Shown here: one piece after another, positions 36,140 to 49,845 of the stretch
Layout: every line of letters begins with the position of its first letter
Position numbering within the stretch: the stretch's first letter is position 1
Assembly: GCF_035594765.1 (NCBI RefSeq)
Contig: NC_085842.1
Span: forward strand, 83,738,782-83,802,781
Direction: 5' to 3'
DNA length: 64,000 bases
DNA from: Anolis carolinensis
Lineage: Eukaryota
Notes under the pieces: generated by a model
Told to the model about the DNA's origin: nothing
The model's database searches: none
Seen by the model: only the letters and a program-made list of their open reading frames with translations
Translations under genes and position numbers: made by a program

Positions 36140-37429
36140 ATACACAGTTATGCAAAATGAAGGGCAGCAGTTCTGTTCTTCATTCTGGTTGGCCTGTGCC
36201 TTCAAGCCTTTCAAGTTGCAGTGAATCCTGGCCCACCAAATGCCATAATCCATCACAGCTTAGCTCACTTTGCTACAGCTGCAGCTGGTTGAAGTTTGGG
36301 AGGCAGCCTAGCAGAGGTGGAGCACTACCAGGGGCAGACGGTGGGTGGGTGCGGAGGCAGACATGGGAGTGGGGTAGGTGTGCGAATGGGACCATCCACC
36401 ACCCCTCCTGGTTTGCCAGCAGAACCAACTGCCAATGCTTCACTCATGACTGGACCAGCCCTGAGTCTCACCGAGTTCCAGATTTGTATTGCCTTATGCA
36501 CAATATTTTCATTGTTTCAGTGTCCAATCAACCAGAATTCTTTTCCATGCAAAAGGCAGAAAATATATTTATACAACTAGCTTCCTTTTATTAGATTTAG
36601 CCACTGGAAAAAAGCGCCTAAGCCAGAGCAATAGGGACATCTGTGCCAGCCCTCCACTGAACACCAGAGCAGCTCCAAGAACAAGTCTGGGAGGCTCTGC
36701 TTGGCTGGACAGATTCAGCCCCAAAGAGTGATGGCTTCCCAGCAAATCCTGTTGATGTTCTTGCAAAGCTCTAACTGCCTGCATTTTGGTCAAGGTTTTC
36801 TCTCACTTACAGGGCAGTCATAATGTGACAAATGCACCTCCTCCTCACAGTAATGTTTTTACTTCTGAATTTGTGTTGCTCTGACATGTGTCTCAGACTT
36901 ATATAATCTGTCCTATGTAGCTGCTTATATTGAGCAACACTGGAAGCAGGCTGGACTGCTGCAAAAGCTAAAAGTAAAACAGACATTTAGAAGCTGGGGC
37001 AAAATCTGAATGCAAAATTCAAATGACATATATGAATGTCTACTGCTAATGTGCACTTTTAACTTGCACATGTCTCTTGGTGGTTTTCCCTGGAGCCTTT
37101 TGGGAAGTGGAAAATATTAAATAGGAAATCTCACAAACTATTAATTGTCAAATGCTGTTAGAGATTGACTGTGACAGTATAGTTGTATATTCCCTAAACT
37201 ACTATCTTTATATAATAGCTTTCAAATCTTATATACTAAGTATTAGGGAATCCAATTTTTGTAAAGTTGATTCTTATTTTTGCCAGATTTGTCCATCTTT
37301 ATATTTGATTTCTCAGTAATGCTTCACAACAATTCACTTTACACTTGCTAATTTACTCTATTTATATTCTACCTTTCTTCTTGCACAGGACTCAAGTCAC
37401 CTTGTAACTTGAAACATATATTAGATATT

Positions 37430-37560
37430 AGACCTCACAACCTCTGAGGGTGCCTCCCATAGATGTGGGCAAAATGTCAGGACATAATGCTTCTGGGACA
37501 TGGCTGTATAGCCCAGAAAACTCAGCAATCCAGTGATTCCAGCCATGAAAGCTTCGACAG
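37430..37560 (+). mobile_element. Penelope-like 3' fragment
   Basis: acctcacaacctctgagg...catgaaagcttcgaca. Confidence 0.75.
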
Positions 37561-39386
37561 ATATTAGAATTACTCTTTTGCAATTTCCTGACACCACCTC
37601 ACCACTCTGTCCTGTGGCTGGAGGCTTGGGGATAGGTTCCATCATGTTCAATGAGATCAGACATTTCACATTTGAATTAAGAATTCTTATATGGATATTG
37701 TTTGGACATGACAATTTAAAAATTCTCAGGTCCATGAAAAATAAGTTTGGGGACATGTATTTGTCCTACATTTTCTATAGTGATGATAAATGCAAATACT
37801 TGCGTCAATTTCTTTCCAATCCCTTCATTGCTATATCTTCTTTTAATACTCATTTTTCTTCCATGCCATCCAACAGTTTAATTGTTCCTTCCCAGCATCT
37901 AATATATTTATTTTATGTTTAAGAAATATCCTCCTCAAACCCATCTGTACACAAGTTTGGCTTTGTTTAATCAAGACTACCATTTTTCAAAAGAATACGT
38001 ATTTTCCTTGAACCTTTTCATTAACTAAGATGGCAGTGAAATGCACATTCATCAGTGGATTTCAGCTTAAAGCTGTACCTTCAAATGCATGTTGGTATGT
38101 TTTATGAGTTGAAAACTGGATTGCAAAGTTTGAAGAAGTTTGAAATCTGAAAGATACAGACATTCCTGATCTGTATATCACACCAGGAGGTAAATTTGCA
38201 TTGGAATTTCAAACTCATCAAATTCCTCAAGCGTTCTTATGCATCACATCCCTGCACTCCCTAGAAGAAGCTGCTGTAAGGAATGTGAACAGCATATCCT
38301 ATACTGTGTGAGATGCTGCTACATCAGAGGTAGCCTTGTGTGCCCTGGACAACCAGTGGTTACATTTTAAGATGTTTCTCCCATCATAAACGCATGCAGG
38401 GAAAGAGTCTGTTATCAGGGTTGCACTGAAGTTTTAAAAATGGTTGAGCAATGTGGGGAGTGGGTGGATTGAGGAGCAGTTTACTGGGCTATAGAAATTT
38501 GCAGGCGTTGTTTCACGCCCTATTCTGGAATGTCAGCAAGTGTTTGCCTATTTCCTGGCTGCTACAAGCCTGGCTTCCTGTGTTTCATCAGGGTTTTCCT
38601 TTGGTTCTGGCATATGTGGGTTTCCTGTCCTGTCACAAAGCCAGATGGAAGTATATGTTATCTCCCGGAGATGTGGTGCCTTATTTTACCCCCTCTTTGT
38701 TCCTGGCAGGGAGAGCTTCTACTGTGTCACTCAGCCACAGTGGTTGCCACCCATCACACCCAGTGAGACAAGGCAGGAAAAATGACAATGCTTCTAGCCG
38801 CCCACCAAGGGCACCATGTCGAGGGGACTAGATAGAGCGTGAGATCTGTTGGGATGGGCTGCCCACTGAAATGAGGAGGGAAGTCTGACAGGAAGAGATG
38901 AGCTGTGTCTCCAGGAGTGGGTCCCCAACATGAAAGGTTCCTGGGTTCAGAGGAAATGAGACGTTAAGGAGACACCAGCATTCGAGCTAATTGAGCCTTC
39001 CCGCTATGCTGTCACCAGGAAATATCACCCAATTCAATAAATAGCAGAAGTAGGATGAACTGTAGCCAGGGTCAGATTTATGTGCTAGATTCTGAAGGGC
39101 TTCTAAAAATTGAAATAAACAAAATTGTAGGAATAATACATTGATGGGAGGGTAATGCAATGATTGGTGCTCACACTTCACATAACTTAGAAAAAAGGTG
39201 GGCAACCAAGGATTTGAACTGATGTACAGTGTGTGTTAGGGAGCCAGTGTGATGTAGTGGTTTGTGCGTTGGACTATGTCTTAAGTCCAAATGACTGCTC
39301 GGCCATGGAAACCTATTAGATGACCTTAGACAAGTCAAGCTCTCGTGGTATCAGAGGGAAACAATGGAATTTTCCCTTTAAAAATA

Positions 39387-39842
39387 CAATAGGATCTCAC
39401 TTATCCAACATAAACGGACCAGCAGAATGTTGGATAAGCGAAAATGTTGAATAATAAGAAGGGGTTAAGGAAAAACCTATTAAACGTTATGATTGTACAA
39501 ATTAAGCACCAAAACATCATGTTCTACAACAAATGACAGAAAAAGTAGTTCAATGCATGGTAACAGTATGTAGTAATTACTGTATTTACAAATTTAGCAG
39601 CAAAACATCGCAATGTATTGAAAACATTGATTACAAAAACATTGACTACGAAAAATTGACTACAAATAAAGATAGAATTGCATAAAATGAACTTACAGTA
39701 ACAATATAGTGGGAAGTTAAAGCCGTAAAAAGTTCAGTCCTTGCTGCCTAGAGAAACAGCTGTGGATCCGGGCAGGGGGCAGACTGCGTTGGATAATCCA
39801 GAACGTTGGATAAGCAAATGTTGGAGAAGCGAGACTCTACTG
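39387..39842. mobile_element. Tc1/mariner-pogo MITE (long variant) nested in a SINE (about 39240-39915)
   Basis: Same TIR family as 17287-17615, TA flanks; SINE head upstream and tail downstream. Confidence 0.75.
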
Positions 39843-39949
39843 TATTGCCAAGAAATCCCAATGATAATTAATTAGGGTCACAATAAATTCCAAATGTCTT
39901 GAAGGCACATAACGAACAAAGTATCTTGATTTCTCTCAGGGGAAATACA

Positions 39950-40273
39950 AAATCTACATTCTCTTATATAATCCAGATTATCTGGTCTGAACTCAATTAT
40001 CTGGCAGGGTATATACTCATATAATCTAGTTCAAAAAAGATAATGTGGATTATCTGCTTTGGATTATATGGCAGTGTAGAAGGGGCCTGAGTGGCTTGGA
40101 CAAGGCACACTCTCTCAGGCTTTAGTCCCTTCTACATTGCCATATAATCCAGATTATCCAATCAGATAAACCACATTATATACTTTGAATTGGATTGTAT
40201 GAGTCTACACTGCCAGATAATACAGTTCAGAGCAGATAATCTTGATTTTATATGGCAGTGAAGATAGGGCCTG
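39950..40273. mobile_element. Two PIF/Harbinger-like palindromic MITEs
   Basis: Repeated tatatggcagtg..ggcct-GA ends (40088, 40272). Confidence 0.55.
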
Positions 40274-40447
40274 AGACTTTTGATCCTTTAATACAGTGAC
40301 TGGGTGTCTCTCTGCTCTCCCAATTCCGCTGACATAAACTTGCCAGAGCAAATTCTTTAGATTAGAAAGTGTTAATCACTTCATATTTAGCTGTATCCAG
40401 CCAAGCTCAGGAAAGGGGCACAGTGCAAACTGAGTTAAGAAATATGC

Positions 40448-41175
40448 ATCATAGAAGACCCATTGAATAATATAAAAATTGGCTACAAAAGATAGAAGAA
40501 TTTGGCAAAATATCAGGACTCAAAATAAACAAGGAAAAATCTATGATTATGACTAAAAATATAACAAAAGGAAGACAATCTCAAATAAGCGAAATTGCAG
40601 GTCTGAAAATCACAAACAAAATAAAATATCTAGGGATATACCTGACAGCTAAAAATGCACAATTACTCCAAAACAACTAAATTAACAAATGGAAAGAAAT
40701 TAAAGCTAATCTTAAGAACTGGACACCACTAAAGTATGGGATATAATGAATATGGACCATTTAACCTTCATACTATCAATAACACAGAACAAACCGAAAA
40801 GTAAGATGGACTGGATGCTGGTAATAAATTGGATGAAAAAAGAAAAAATCAAAATATGGATATAACGCCCACAAACAGAAAGTGATGAGTTTATTATAGA
40901 AGATGTGTGAAGTAAAGAATGTCAAAATTGGATTCAAACGAATAGAAATATGCCATCATAGAGAAGAAAGGAAGTCAACCAATAACCCCAACTTTCCCAT
41001 CCTCTTTTCCTTGACCTTTCCTTCCCAAACCCTACCCACCCTGTCCTCACACCCTCTCCTCCCCCTTCTTCCCTTCCCTCCTTTTCCCTATTACACCTCC
41101 CCATTTCCCCTTTGTCCACTTAAAGTGGCTTTTATTGTTTGGTTTTGAAAATTCAATAAAAATTATTTTTTAAAC
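40448..41175 (+). mobile_element. L1-clade LINE remnant (RT fragment joined to 3' end)
   Basis: Translates EEFGKISGLKINKEKS...KIKYLGIYLT with an in-frame stop; pyrimidine-rich 3' region and AATAAA at 41155. Confidence 0.8.
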
Positions 41176-41737
41176 AAGAAAGATGTAAGAAACTTTATGT
41201 TTTTCTCGAAAATTTTCCTTGTGAGCTTCTTCCTATAAGAGGTGTAAGCAATCATCTTTCTCACCATGCGGATTGTAGGTGTTCCCACTCAATTATTCTA
41301 CCACGCATGACCAGTTTCCTGCACAAGGATTGCACATAGTTACACATCATTCACATGTTCCCCTGGTTGCATCCAGTTGCACATCATTCACATATTGCTT
41401 TGTCGGCCTCTCAGCACTCAAACATCATGTTTCAAATGGAGGAAACACACTATTTCCCCCAGATAAGATACTTACTTATCCCCTCTGTTCAAATGTGGAA
41501 TGTGGGGGATGTGCCTGACTGCTGCAGGACACTATAATGAGCACACCATTTTAGGGGCCCAGGTCATTTCTTAATTCTTTGGAAGGCCCTGGACAATAGC
41601 GGAGGGGGAGGGAAGCTCTTATCCAGCCACCAGTGCCTTGCCATGTGGTCACCCTTTTGTTGAGGGCTTTTTTTGCTTTACATGCCTTAGAGGCTAGGCA
41701 GACCCCTTTCTCCTCTGGAATGTGCATCTGTCCAGCT

Positions 41738-41792
41738 CTTTTCTTTTCTCTTTTCTTTTCTTTTCTTTTCTTCTCTTTTTTCTTCTCTTTTC
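41738..41792. repeat. (TTTTC)n simple repeat
   Basis: Directly visible. Confidence 0.85.
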
Positions 41793-41974
41793 TTGGGAGG
41801 GAGAGTGAACAACAGCAAGTAGTAGCATCATTCTGCAGTGTTAATGTTCTTTTTCTAAAACCACCAAGGCCAGCCCAGGCTATTTTACTGCTTGAGGCAC
41901 ATAACAAAATACTCTTGCCCCCATTAGTATCCAGAAGAGCTGGATTCCCCCCTCCCCCAGTATTAATGACATGG

Positions 41975-42201
41975 AGAGCCAGTATGATTTGGGTGTTGGA
42001 TTAGGTTAAAGAGGACCAGGCCTTGAATCCCGCCTTGGCCATGAAAACCTACTTGGTGAACTCATGCAAGCCACACACTCTCAGACTCACAAGAAATTAA
42101 TGGCAAAATCCTTTCTGAACAAATCATGCCAAGAAACTCCATAATAGGGTTTCCTTAGGGTTGCCATAAGTTGGAAACGACTTACAAAGTATGCAACAAC
42201 A
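41975..42201 (+). mobile_element. tRNA-derived SINE (22394 family)
   Basis: gagagccagt...gccatgaaaacctac...gccataagttggaaacgactt...caacaac. Confidence 0.65.
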
Positions 42202-42433
42202 TATGATGTGACAATGTCCATCATTGCAGTAGAGGGTGTCAGACTCGTTTCGCCTTCCCACAGAAGACGATCCAGATCCTATTGCCTGCAGAAGATACTT
42301 CCCTCTTCCTAGCGATAGGAATAATGATACATTCAACAAATTACATGTAGAGAAGTTTTCATACCATTAACCCTGCTAATTTCAAAGACTGTTATAAGTT
42401 TAAGTAAAATTTGGGATATTTTTTTGGCCTAGT

Positions 42434-42761
42434 GAGCCCCTGATGGTGTAGCGGGTTAAACTGATGAGCTGTTGAACTTGCTGACTGAAAGGTCGATGGT
42501 TCGCATCCAGGGAGCGGAGTGAGCTCCCGCTGTTAGCCCCAGCTTCTGTTAACCTAGCAGTTTTATAACATGAAAATGTGAGTAGATCAATAGGTACTTC
42601 TCCAGCAGGAAGGTAACAGTGCTCCATGCAATCTTGTTGGCCACATGACCATGGAGGTGTCTACGGACAATGCCGTCCCTTTGGCTTAGAAATAGAGATG
42701 AGCACAACCCCCAGAGTCGGACATGACTAGACTTAATGTCAGGGGAAAACCTTTACCTTTA
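42434..42761 (+). mobile_element. Sauria SINE
   Basis: tRNA-like head, gtgagtagatcaataggtac body, (ACCTTT)n tail. Confidence 0.9.
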
Positions 42762-43788
42762 TCTAGAGTCTCCTAGAAATTGTAAGTTTGGGATATTTAG
42801 GCTAAAAAATTATCCCTGTATCTGAAGGACCAATATTCACAGTTTTCAGTTACCAACGTCTGAAAATGTATATTCTCTTTAGATATTTTCTGGCTGCTCC
42901 AGTGCAATTCTGTGGCATACTTCCGCCAGAAGTTATCCATTATTGTCCATAATTTCACCTTTCAGTGGTAAATCCTGGAATGTAGTTAGTGAATATGGGG
43001 ATTATCCATGGAAAGAATAAACATGCTTTCTGACATGATGGCTTAAGGATGTTTGGAGGAACTTAAAGGTCACAAGGGCTAGTTCACCTGTAATCTGAAT
43101 GGTACACATTCCAGGCAGAGGCACACCTGCTTAATGTGTATTAGGCCTTCGAGAGGCTGTCACTTTCACACGAGGCAAAACCTGTTACAGCAGTTTGATA
43201 CTACTTGAGTTGTCCTGGCTTTCTCCTACAGAATACTGGGATTTATAGTTTGTGGGGTTACCAAGATGAATACAATACTGGGGTCTTGAAGCTTCAAATG
43301 TCAAGGGATCCTGGATCAGGAAGAGGTACCGTTCAATATAGCATGTCTCTCCTTTTCCAACCTTTCAAACCCATCTTTTAACTGATACCCCCCCCACACA
43401 CACACACACACATACACACGCACAGTTATTTGCAGAGTTATATACAGTATTTACAGTTATTGTATAAGAGCTGGATACTTTTCTGTGTCTTCCTAGCAAA
43501 CAGTGTTAGGGAGGATTGCAGCAGCTAAAAGGTGTTGGCGTGTGTGTTGCGGGACAAGATATGCTCTATTTATGACTCACCAAAATTTATGCTTCCTCTT
43601 CCTGACCCAATCTGTTCATGAACTACAGGAGCCCAGTCCCATATTAAATCTGGAAACCCTAGTAGTTAAAATTCTTTGTTAGTACTTCAAGGGACAGCAC
43701 TAGAGCTCCCCAACAGGAAATTTTAAGCACCTCAATAGAGTCCAGTTTTCCATAGGAAAGAGCTGCAGCAGTGAAAGTGCTATCAAAC

Positions 43789-44023
43789 TGAGTTGTTGTG
43801 TGTTTTCCAGGCTGTATGGCCATGTTCCAGAAGTATTCTCTCCTGACGTTTCGCCCACATCTATGGTAGACATCCTCAGAGGATGTACCTCACAACCTCA
43901 GAGGATGCCTGACATAGATGTGGGTGAAACGTCAGGAGAGAATACTTCTGGAACATGGCCATACAGCCCGGAAAACACACAACAACCCTGTGATCCCAGC
44001 CATGAAATCCTTCGACAACACAC
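43789..44023 (+). mobile_element. Penelope-like fold-back element
   Basis: Inverted arms; TSD TGCTATCAAAC at 43778-43788 and 44024-44034. Confidence 0.85.
43842..43882 (-). ncRNA. Minimal type I hammerhead ribozyme motif
   Basis: Minus strand CCT-CTGAGGA-T-GTCTAC/GTGGGC-GAAAC-GTC-AGG. Confidence 0.65.
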
Positions 44024-44350
44024 TGCTATCAAACAGTTGTTTTGTAGAAAACACACTCAGAGTGAGCGCCAAACTAGACATATCATTAAACAGGTCTTTG
44101 CATTAATATTGCTGTTTTTTTTAAAGGCAAACATCATAGTGGGTGGGGTGGGTGAGTAAAGTAACTGGTAATTATTGGGATAATTCCCACAGCAGGCATG
44201 CAAGGGGGGATGACTTTTCTTCCTGCATAGTAAACCTAAGGAGGAAATATTTGCATTAGGAGGAATTTCTCACCCTGGTGCCAGGGAGGATTTCTTCCCA
44301 TTGCAAAGAGAATCTTCCCATTGCAATGATGCATGTTTGCCGAGGAGTGA

Positions 44351-44501
44351 GGCCCCTTCCACACAGCTGAATAAAATCCCACATTTTCTGATTAGAACTG
44401 GTATGTAGAGCAGTGTGGACTCAGATAACCCAGTTCAAAGCAGATGTTGTGGGATTTTTCTGTCTTGATATTCTGGGTTATATGGCTGTGTGGAAGGGCC
44501 C
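44351..44501. mobile_element. PIF/Harbinger-like MITE
   Basis: TIR GGCCCCTTCCACACAG (one mismatch), 3-bp TSD TGA. Confidence 0.7.
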
Positions 44502-44731
44502 TGAGTCCCAAATGAGTTCAATGGGATTGGTTCTTATGTGAGTGTGCAGAAGACTGCAGTCTCTCAGGGAGTTTCTTCAGGTCTGGTGTGAAAGAGACCT
44601 CCAGGACTTTCAGTTGTTAATGGGACTGGCAAACCTGGGGCTGTAGCTTCCTTGACTGAATCAATCTACCTGTGCAATAGTCTTCCTACTTTCTTAATGC
44701 TTTCAATTTTACCTAGCAAAAGTACGTACTA

Positions 44732-45041
44732 CACTATGTAACAAAATTTGAAACATTTTCTGTTCCTGGTGTGAAAGTGTTATTTCCTGATTAATTGTGC
44801 AGTACTTACTTTGAAAGTAGTTGTTATACTCTAGAAACTTCATTTTTGTGGCAGCCACAAATTATGTTGAATTGGTTGAAACTCTAAAGATATCAATTGT
44901 AAAACTATAGCAAAATGTGCTGTAGGATGTCCCGCAAAAACAAAGTTTCTGAAGTTTAATAAACTTTTTCCACATTTTTATGATAGAACCAATTAGGAAA
45001 TGACATTTATAACCAAGGAACAAAAATTGTGTTACATAGTG
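44732..45041. mobile_element. Non-autonomous DNA transposon (possibly Chapaev3-like)
   Basis: TIR CACTATGTAACA / TGTTACATAGTG; flanks CTA/TTA. Confidence 0.55.
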
Positions 45042-45612
45042 TTATTAAAAATCTATATGTTGTACACAAAGGCTCATTTGAAGTGGCTGATCTTGGGTGG
45101 TGCCACTAAGAGCTATAGTGCTTTTCTTTTAACAATATAAATTAAAAATAGATTGAGGGCAGGACTGAGTTATTGTTATGACTCCAGGAATCTTGGCTCT
45201 TGGGGGAGGGAGGGAACCCAGTGCCCACATGGACGGCCAAACATGCCAAAGGACAAGAAAAAATACATTGTGAATGAACAAAAGTCCACATCTGGTTTGG
45301 AAATAAAGGTATTACTTTTAAAGTTCAAGGAAACCTCTGCAGCTTATGTAGAAAGATGAAAGAGTGATTTACACATCCACTTTTTGGCCAAAAAAGGAAC
45401 CATTCAAGGAGTGTGCATTTATTGCAGTCAAGGGCTGCAAAGACAGCCAGGCTATGTGTGTATATGTATTGCTCTAGAAATACAATTGCTCAAAGATATT
45501 CATTTTTCCACAATATCTGCTTTGAACTGGAATATCTGAGTCCACACTGCCATATATCCCAGTTCAAAGCAGATAATGTGTGATTTTATTCAGCTGTGTG
45601 AAAGGGGCCTAA

Positions 45613-46268
45613 GAAGAGAAGTAAGGAAACAATCAGGGCCAGCTAACACCTCCCAACAAAGGATTCCACAGGCAGAAATCAGCCAGGCCTTGAAGCTGCA
45701 AGGCTTTTCAATGCTGATCAAGGTGATTAATTGCAGCATTTACACTTGCCTTCAACAGAAAAAGTTCTTTCTCCCACCCTGGATCTTCCACAGGTATATA
45801 AACCTTCCTTGCTTAGTTTCCAATATACCTCATAGGATGCCTGCCATAGATGTGAACGAAACCTCAGGAGAGAATTCTTTTGGAACATGGTCATAGTAAA
45901 GGTAAAGGTTTTCTCCTGACATTAAGTCTAATTGTTTTCTGACTCTGGGGGTTGTAGCTCATTTCCATTTCAAGCTGAAGAGCCGGCTATGTCTGTAGAC
46001 GCCTCCAAGGCTATGCGGCCGGCATGACTTCCTGGAATGCTGTTACCTTCCCGCTGGAGCAGTACCTATTGATCTACCCACATTTGCATGTTTTCGAACT
46101 GCTAGGTTGGCAGAAGCTGGGGCTAACAATGGAAGCTCACCCCACTCCCTGGATGCGAACCGTTGACCTTTCAGTCAACAAGTACAGCAGCTCAGTGGTT
46201 TAACCTACGGCATCACTGGGGACTCCTCAACATGGCCTTACAGCCTGGAAAACTCGCCGCAACCCAGA
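45613..46268 (+). mobile_element. Penelope-like fragment interrupted by a Sauria SINE
   Basis: PLE sequence at 45625-45894 resumes at 46229. Confidence 0.7.
45896..46226 (-). mobile_element. Sauria SINE
   Basis: (AAAGGT)n tail on the left; reverse complement of 42434-42761. Confidence 0.88.
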
Positions 46269-47477
46269 AGTAAGGAAAGTTTGTCTTTTCCAAAATGTCT
46301 TGAACAGACAAAACATAGCGTGAATCAGGACAACAGCTTGTGAAGTGCATCCCATACAATGTAAACCCAGGAAACCCTGTGGCAGGCTCTCTTTAAGATT
46401 GCCATAAGTCAGAAACAACTTGAAGGCACACAACAACAACAACAACACATTTCCAAAGGGAATGCACTCCTGGTAAAAGCTCTTGTGGAAAGTAGATTGT
46501 GGAAAGTAGAAACGAAAACTGTTTTTTGCAATTTAACATCAGGAATTGCAGACGTAAAAGCAAAACAGGCTGTTCTGAGCCAAATATAATGAAGAAGGGA
46601 GATATCCAGATCATAAAAATCCCCTCTGCCACTTCTTTCCTTGGTTCTTATCTACCGGGCAGTGGGAGCTGCGCAGCTCTTTTGTGTGGGACAAAGCCCT
46701 GAGCTCCCTCCCAGTCTCGCCACCCCCTTTGAGAGCCCCATTGTGAGGGCAGGCAGTGGCACCTCCTTTATCTGGAGAGATTTGCAGCCTGACTTGGAGT
46801 GCATTCATTCAGTCCCTGCCTCCCACTGGGAATTGATCCTCTGATGAAGTGGAAAGAGCCCCATCCTTTGAAGACCCTCTAGCCATGGCCCCTTCCCAGG
46901 GAAGGGGGGGGGGAGAGCTGTGATCAGATTGCAGATGGGCTGCTCTTTGTGGCTTCTTCCTCTGTCCCAGGATCCACATTGGAGGCACCAGGAGAGGCCT
47001 CGGCTGTCCTCCTGACTCCTGCTGAACAGGTGGCTTTGGGTCGGGGCAACCCAGGCCAGATAGCATGTCATGGACAGCTGCCTCCTTGCTCCTCGACCTG
47101 CTCTGCAAACTCTGAGCACAGGGATTATTTTTAAATCCACCATTGAGTTTCCCTAGAAAAGAAACAAATGGTTTCACCCCCCTCCCTCCAAAGTACAGCT
47201 TGCACATACCGTGCTGAACTTATGTACAGAATAAGCAAGCTGCAATTTAAGGCCAGCAATGTATAATGGTTTGAGCATTGGTCTATAATTATTTAATCTA
47301 TAGATCAAATGTCTTTTTACAGATTAAAATACTCTTTAAGCCTTTTTATGGAATACAATAGAGGCCATCAAGAAACTCATGGAGACTCATTTTGCACTTT
47401 GTGGACTACAGTACGTGCTCCTCTTCAGTACCTATTTCAAATTTACATGATAATAATATTTGGTTATAAAATGTACA

Positions 47478-47789
47478 GGATCCCCGGTGGCGAAGTGTGT
47501 TAAAGCACTGAGCTGGAGACCGAAAGATCCCAGGTTCAAACCCCAAGAGCGGCGTGAGCGGCCACTGTTAGCTCCAGCTCCTGCCAACCTAGCAGTTCGA
47601 AAACCTGCCAATGTGAGATCAATAGGTACCGCTCCAGCGGGAAGGTAACGGTGCTCCATGCAGTCATGCCGGCCACATGACCTTGGAGGTGTCTATGGAC
47701 AACGCCGGCTCTTCGGCTTAGAAATGGAGATGAGCACCAACCCCCAGAGTCGGTCACGACTGGACTTAACGTCAGGGGAAACCTTTACC
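47478..47789 (+). mobile_element. Sauria SINE
   Basis: Full body; TSD TATAAAATGTACA at 47465-47477 and 47790-47802. Confidence 0.92.
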
Positions 47790-47974
47790 TATAAAATGTA
47801 CATAGTGATCATAGCTTCAAATGGAACAATTAGGGCTAAAAAGAAATATTTATTTGTGATTGTATTCAGGAAGGCTATAAGACATCCAATGAGGCTGCAA
47901 TGAAATTCCCCACTAATTTGATATAAAACACGGGTATTCAAACTTGATTGGTGATTCCAAATAATAGTTAATAT

Positions 47975-48895
47975 GGGTTGCTGTGAGTTTTCCGGGCTGT
48001 ATGGCCATGTTCCAGAAGCATTCTCTCCTGCCACATCTATGGCAGGCATCCTCAGAGGTTCTGAGGTCTGTTGGAAACTAGGCAAGTGAGGTTTATATAT
48101 CTGTGGAAAGTTCAGGTTGGGAAAAAGATTGCTTGTCTGTTGGAGGCAAGTGTGAATGTTGCAAATGGCCAGCTTGATTAGCATTTAATGACCTTGCAGA
48201 TTCAAAACCTGGCTGCTTCTTGCTCGAGGGAATCCTGGTCCTGATTGTTTCTTGTCTGGAATTCCCGTTTTCTGAATGTCCTCTCACCTTTTGCAGAAGT
48301 CTACCATATACCATGCAGCTGTGGACCACACAGCATTGCCCAAACACGAATCAAGGAACATGAAAGGCACTGCAGACTAATTCAACCAGAGGAACTACCA
48401 TAGCAGAGCACTTGATGAACCAACCTGGACACAGTATATTATTTCAACAGAAAGGTTGAAACCATGAAAATGGACAAAATCTGGCTACCAGTATTTAAAA
48501 AAACCCTTAAAAATCAGGACAGTAAATAAAGAACAACACTCTGAAAACAGCGAACTTCTAGATAGGAAACAATCAGGGCCAGCTAACAAAAAGGATTCCC
48601 TCAGGCAAGAAGCAGCCAGGCTTTGAATTTGCAAGGCCATGAAGTGCTAATCAAGCTGGCCATTTGCAACATTCACACCTGCCTCAAACAGACAAGAGTT
48701 CTTTCTTCCAACCTGGACTTTCCAGAGATATATAAACCCCACTTGCCTAGTTTCCAATATACCTCACAACCTCTGAGGATGCCTGCCATAAATGTGGGCG
48801 AAACGTCAGGAGAGAATGCTTCTGGAACCTGACCATACAGCCCGGAAACCTCAAAGCAATCCAGTGATTCCTGCCATGAAAGGCTTCGACTACAC
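47975..48895 (+). mobile_element. Penelope-like element with inverted 5' arm and GIY-YIG endonuclease remnant
   Basis: IPCSCG...TRIKEHERHCRL...IAEHLMNQPGH remnant at about 48307-48445; TSD AATAGTTAATAT at 47963-47974 and 48896-48907. Confidence 0.85.
48770..48810 (+). ncRNA. Minimal type I hammerhead ribozyme motif
   Basis: CCT-CTGAGGA-T-GCCTGC(loop)GTGGGC-GAAAC-GTC-AGG; CUGANGA and GAAA core, GUC cleavage triplet, palindromic ACGT helix III. Confidence 0.72.
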
Positions 48896-49122
48896 AATAG
48901 TTAATATTTTCCCAACACATGTAAAGTATTTACACAACAAAATTTCTACTGATCAGTATAACAAAAAGCAGTGTTATTTGAAGTGGTAGCCCCAGGACCA
49001 GTGTTATCCTACAAGCCATTGACTACTAGTCAATGGAGAATTTCCAGGATAGCAGAAAGCAGTTGTGGCCAGTTGGTACAAATATGGTGCCAGTCTCTAG
49101 CTTATTAGGAAAAGATGTGCTA

Positions 49123-49541
49123 CCCTGTTTCCCCGAAAATAAGACATCCCCGAAAAATAAAACCTAGTAGAAATTTTGCTGAATTGCTAAATATAAGACC
49201 TCCCCCAAAAGTAAGACCTAGCAAAGTTTTTGTTTCGAAGCATGCCCAGCACCTGCCAAACAGAACACCAGAGCATGCAGGATTGGTAAATATACATACT
49301 AGTTGTACATGGAAATAATGGTAGTAACAAGAAATTCTTGATAGGATTCACAGTTTGTCTGGTTATGTTGGTTTGTGATGACAACTACTGTACAGTATAT
49401 AATAAATGTTCATTTTTTGTTCAACAATAAATGTGAATTCTTCTTCATAGAAATATAAGACATCCCCTGAAAATAAGACCTAGAGCAACTTTGGGAGCAA
49501 AAATTAATGTAAGACACTGTCTTATTTTCGGGGAAACACGG
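49123..49541. mobile_element. Tc1/mariner-pogo MITE
   Basis: TIR CC(C/G)TGTTTCCCCGAAAATAAGACA, TA flanks. Confidence 0.85.
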
Positions 49542-49635
49542 TAGTCATCCACATCAGAAAGCCTGAGAAGTATTATTAATGGCCGCCTTGCCTTTTTCTT
49601 CTCTCTCACACACAACAGATGGTGGAGTGGTCTGA

Positions 49636-49845
49636 TCATAGAATCACAAAGCTGGGAAAGACCCCAAAGTCCACCAAATGCTATGGAGGAACACACAATC
49701 AAAGCATTCTCAACAGATGGCCATCCAGCCTCTGCTTAAAAATCTTGTGAGAAGGAGACACATACCAAGACAACGTATTCCATTGCTGAACAGCAATTAC
49801 CATCTGGAGGATTTTATTAAAGTTTAGAAGGAATCTCTTTTCCTA
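49636..49845 (-). mobile_element. CR1 LINE 3' fragment
   Basis: atcatagaatcaca (reverse complement of the CR1 terminal repeat), agatggccatccagcctctgcttaaa. Confidence 0.65.
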
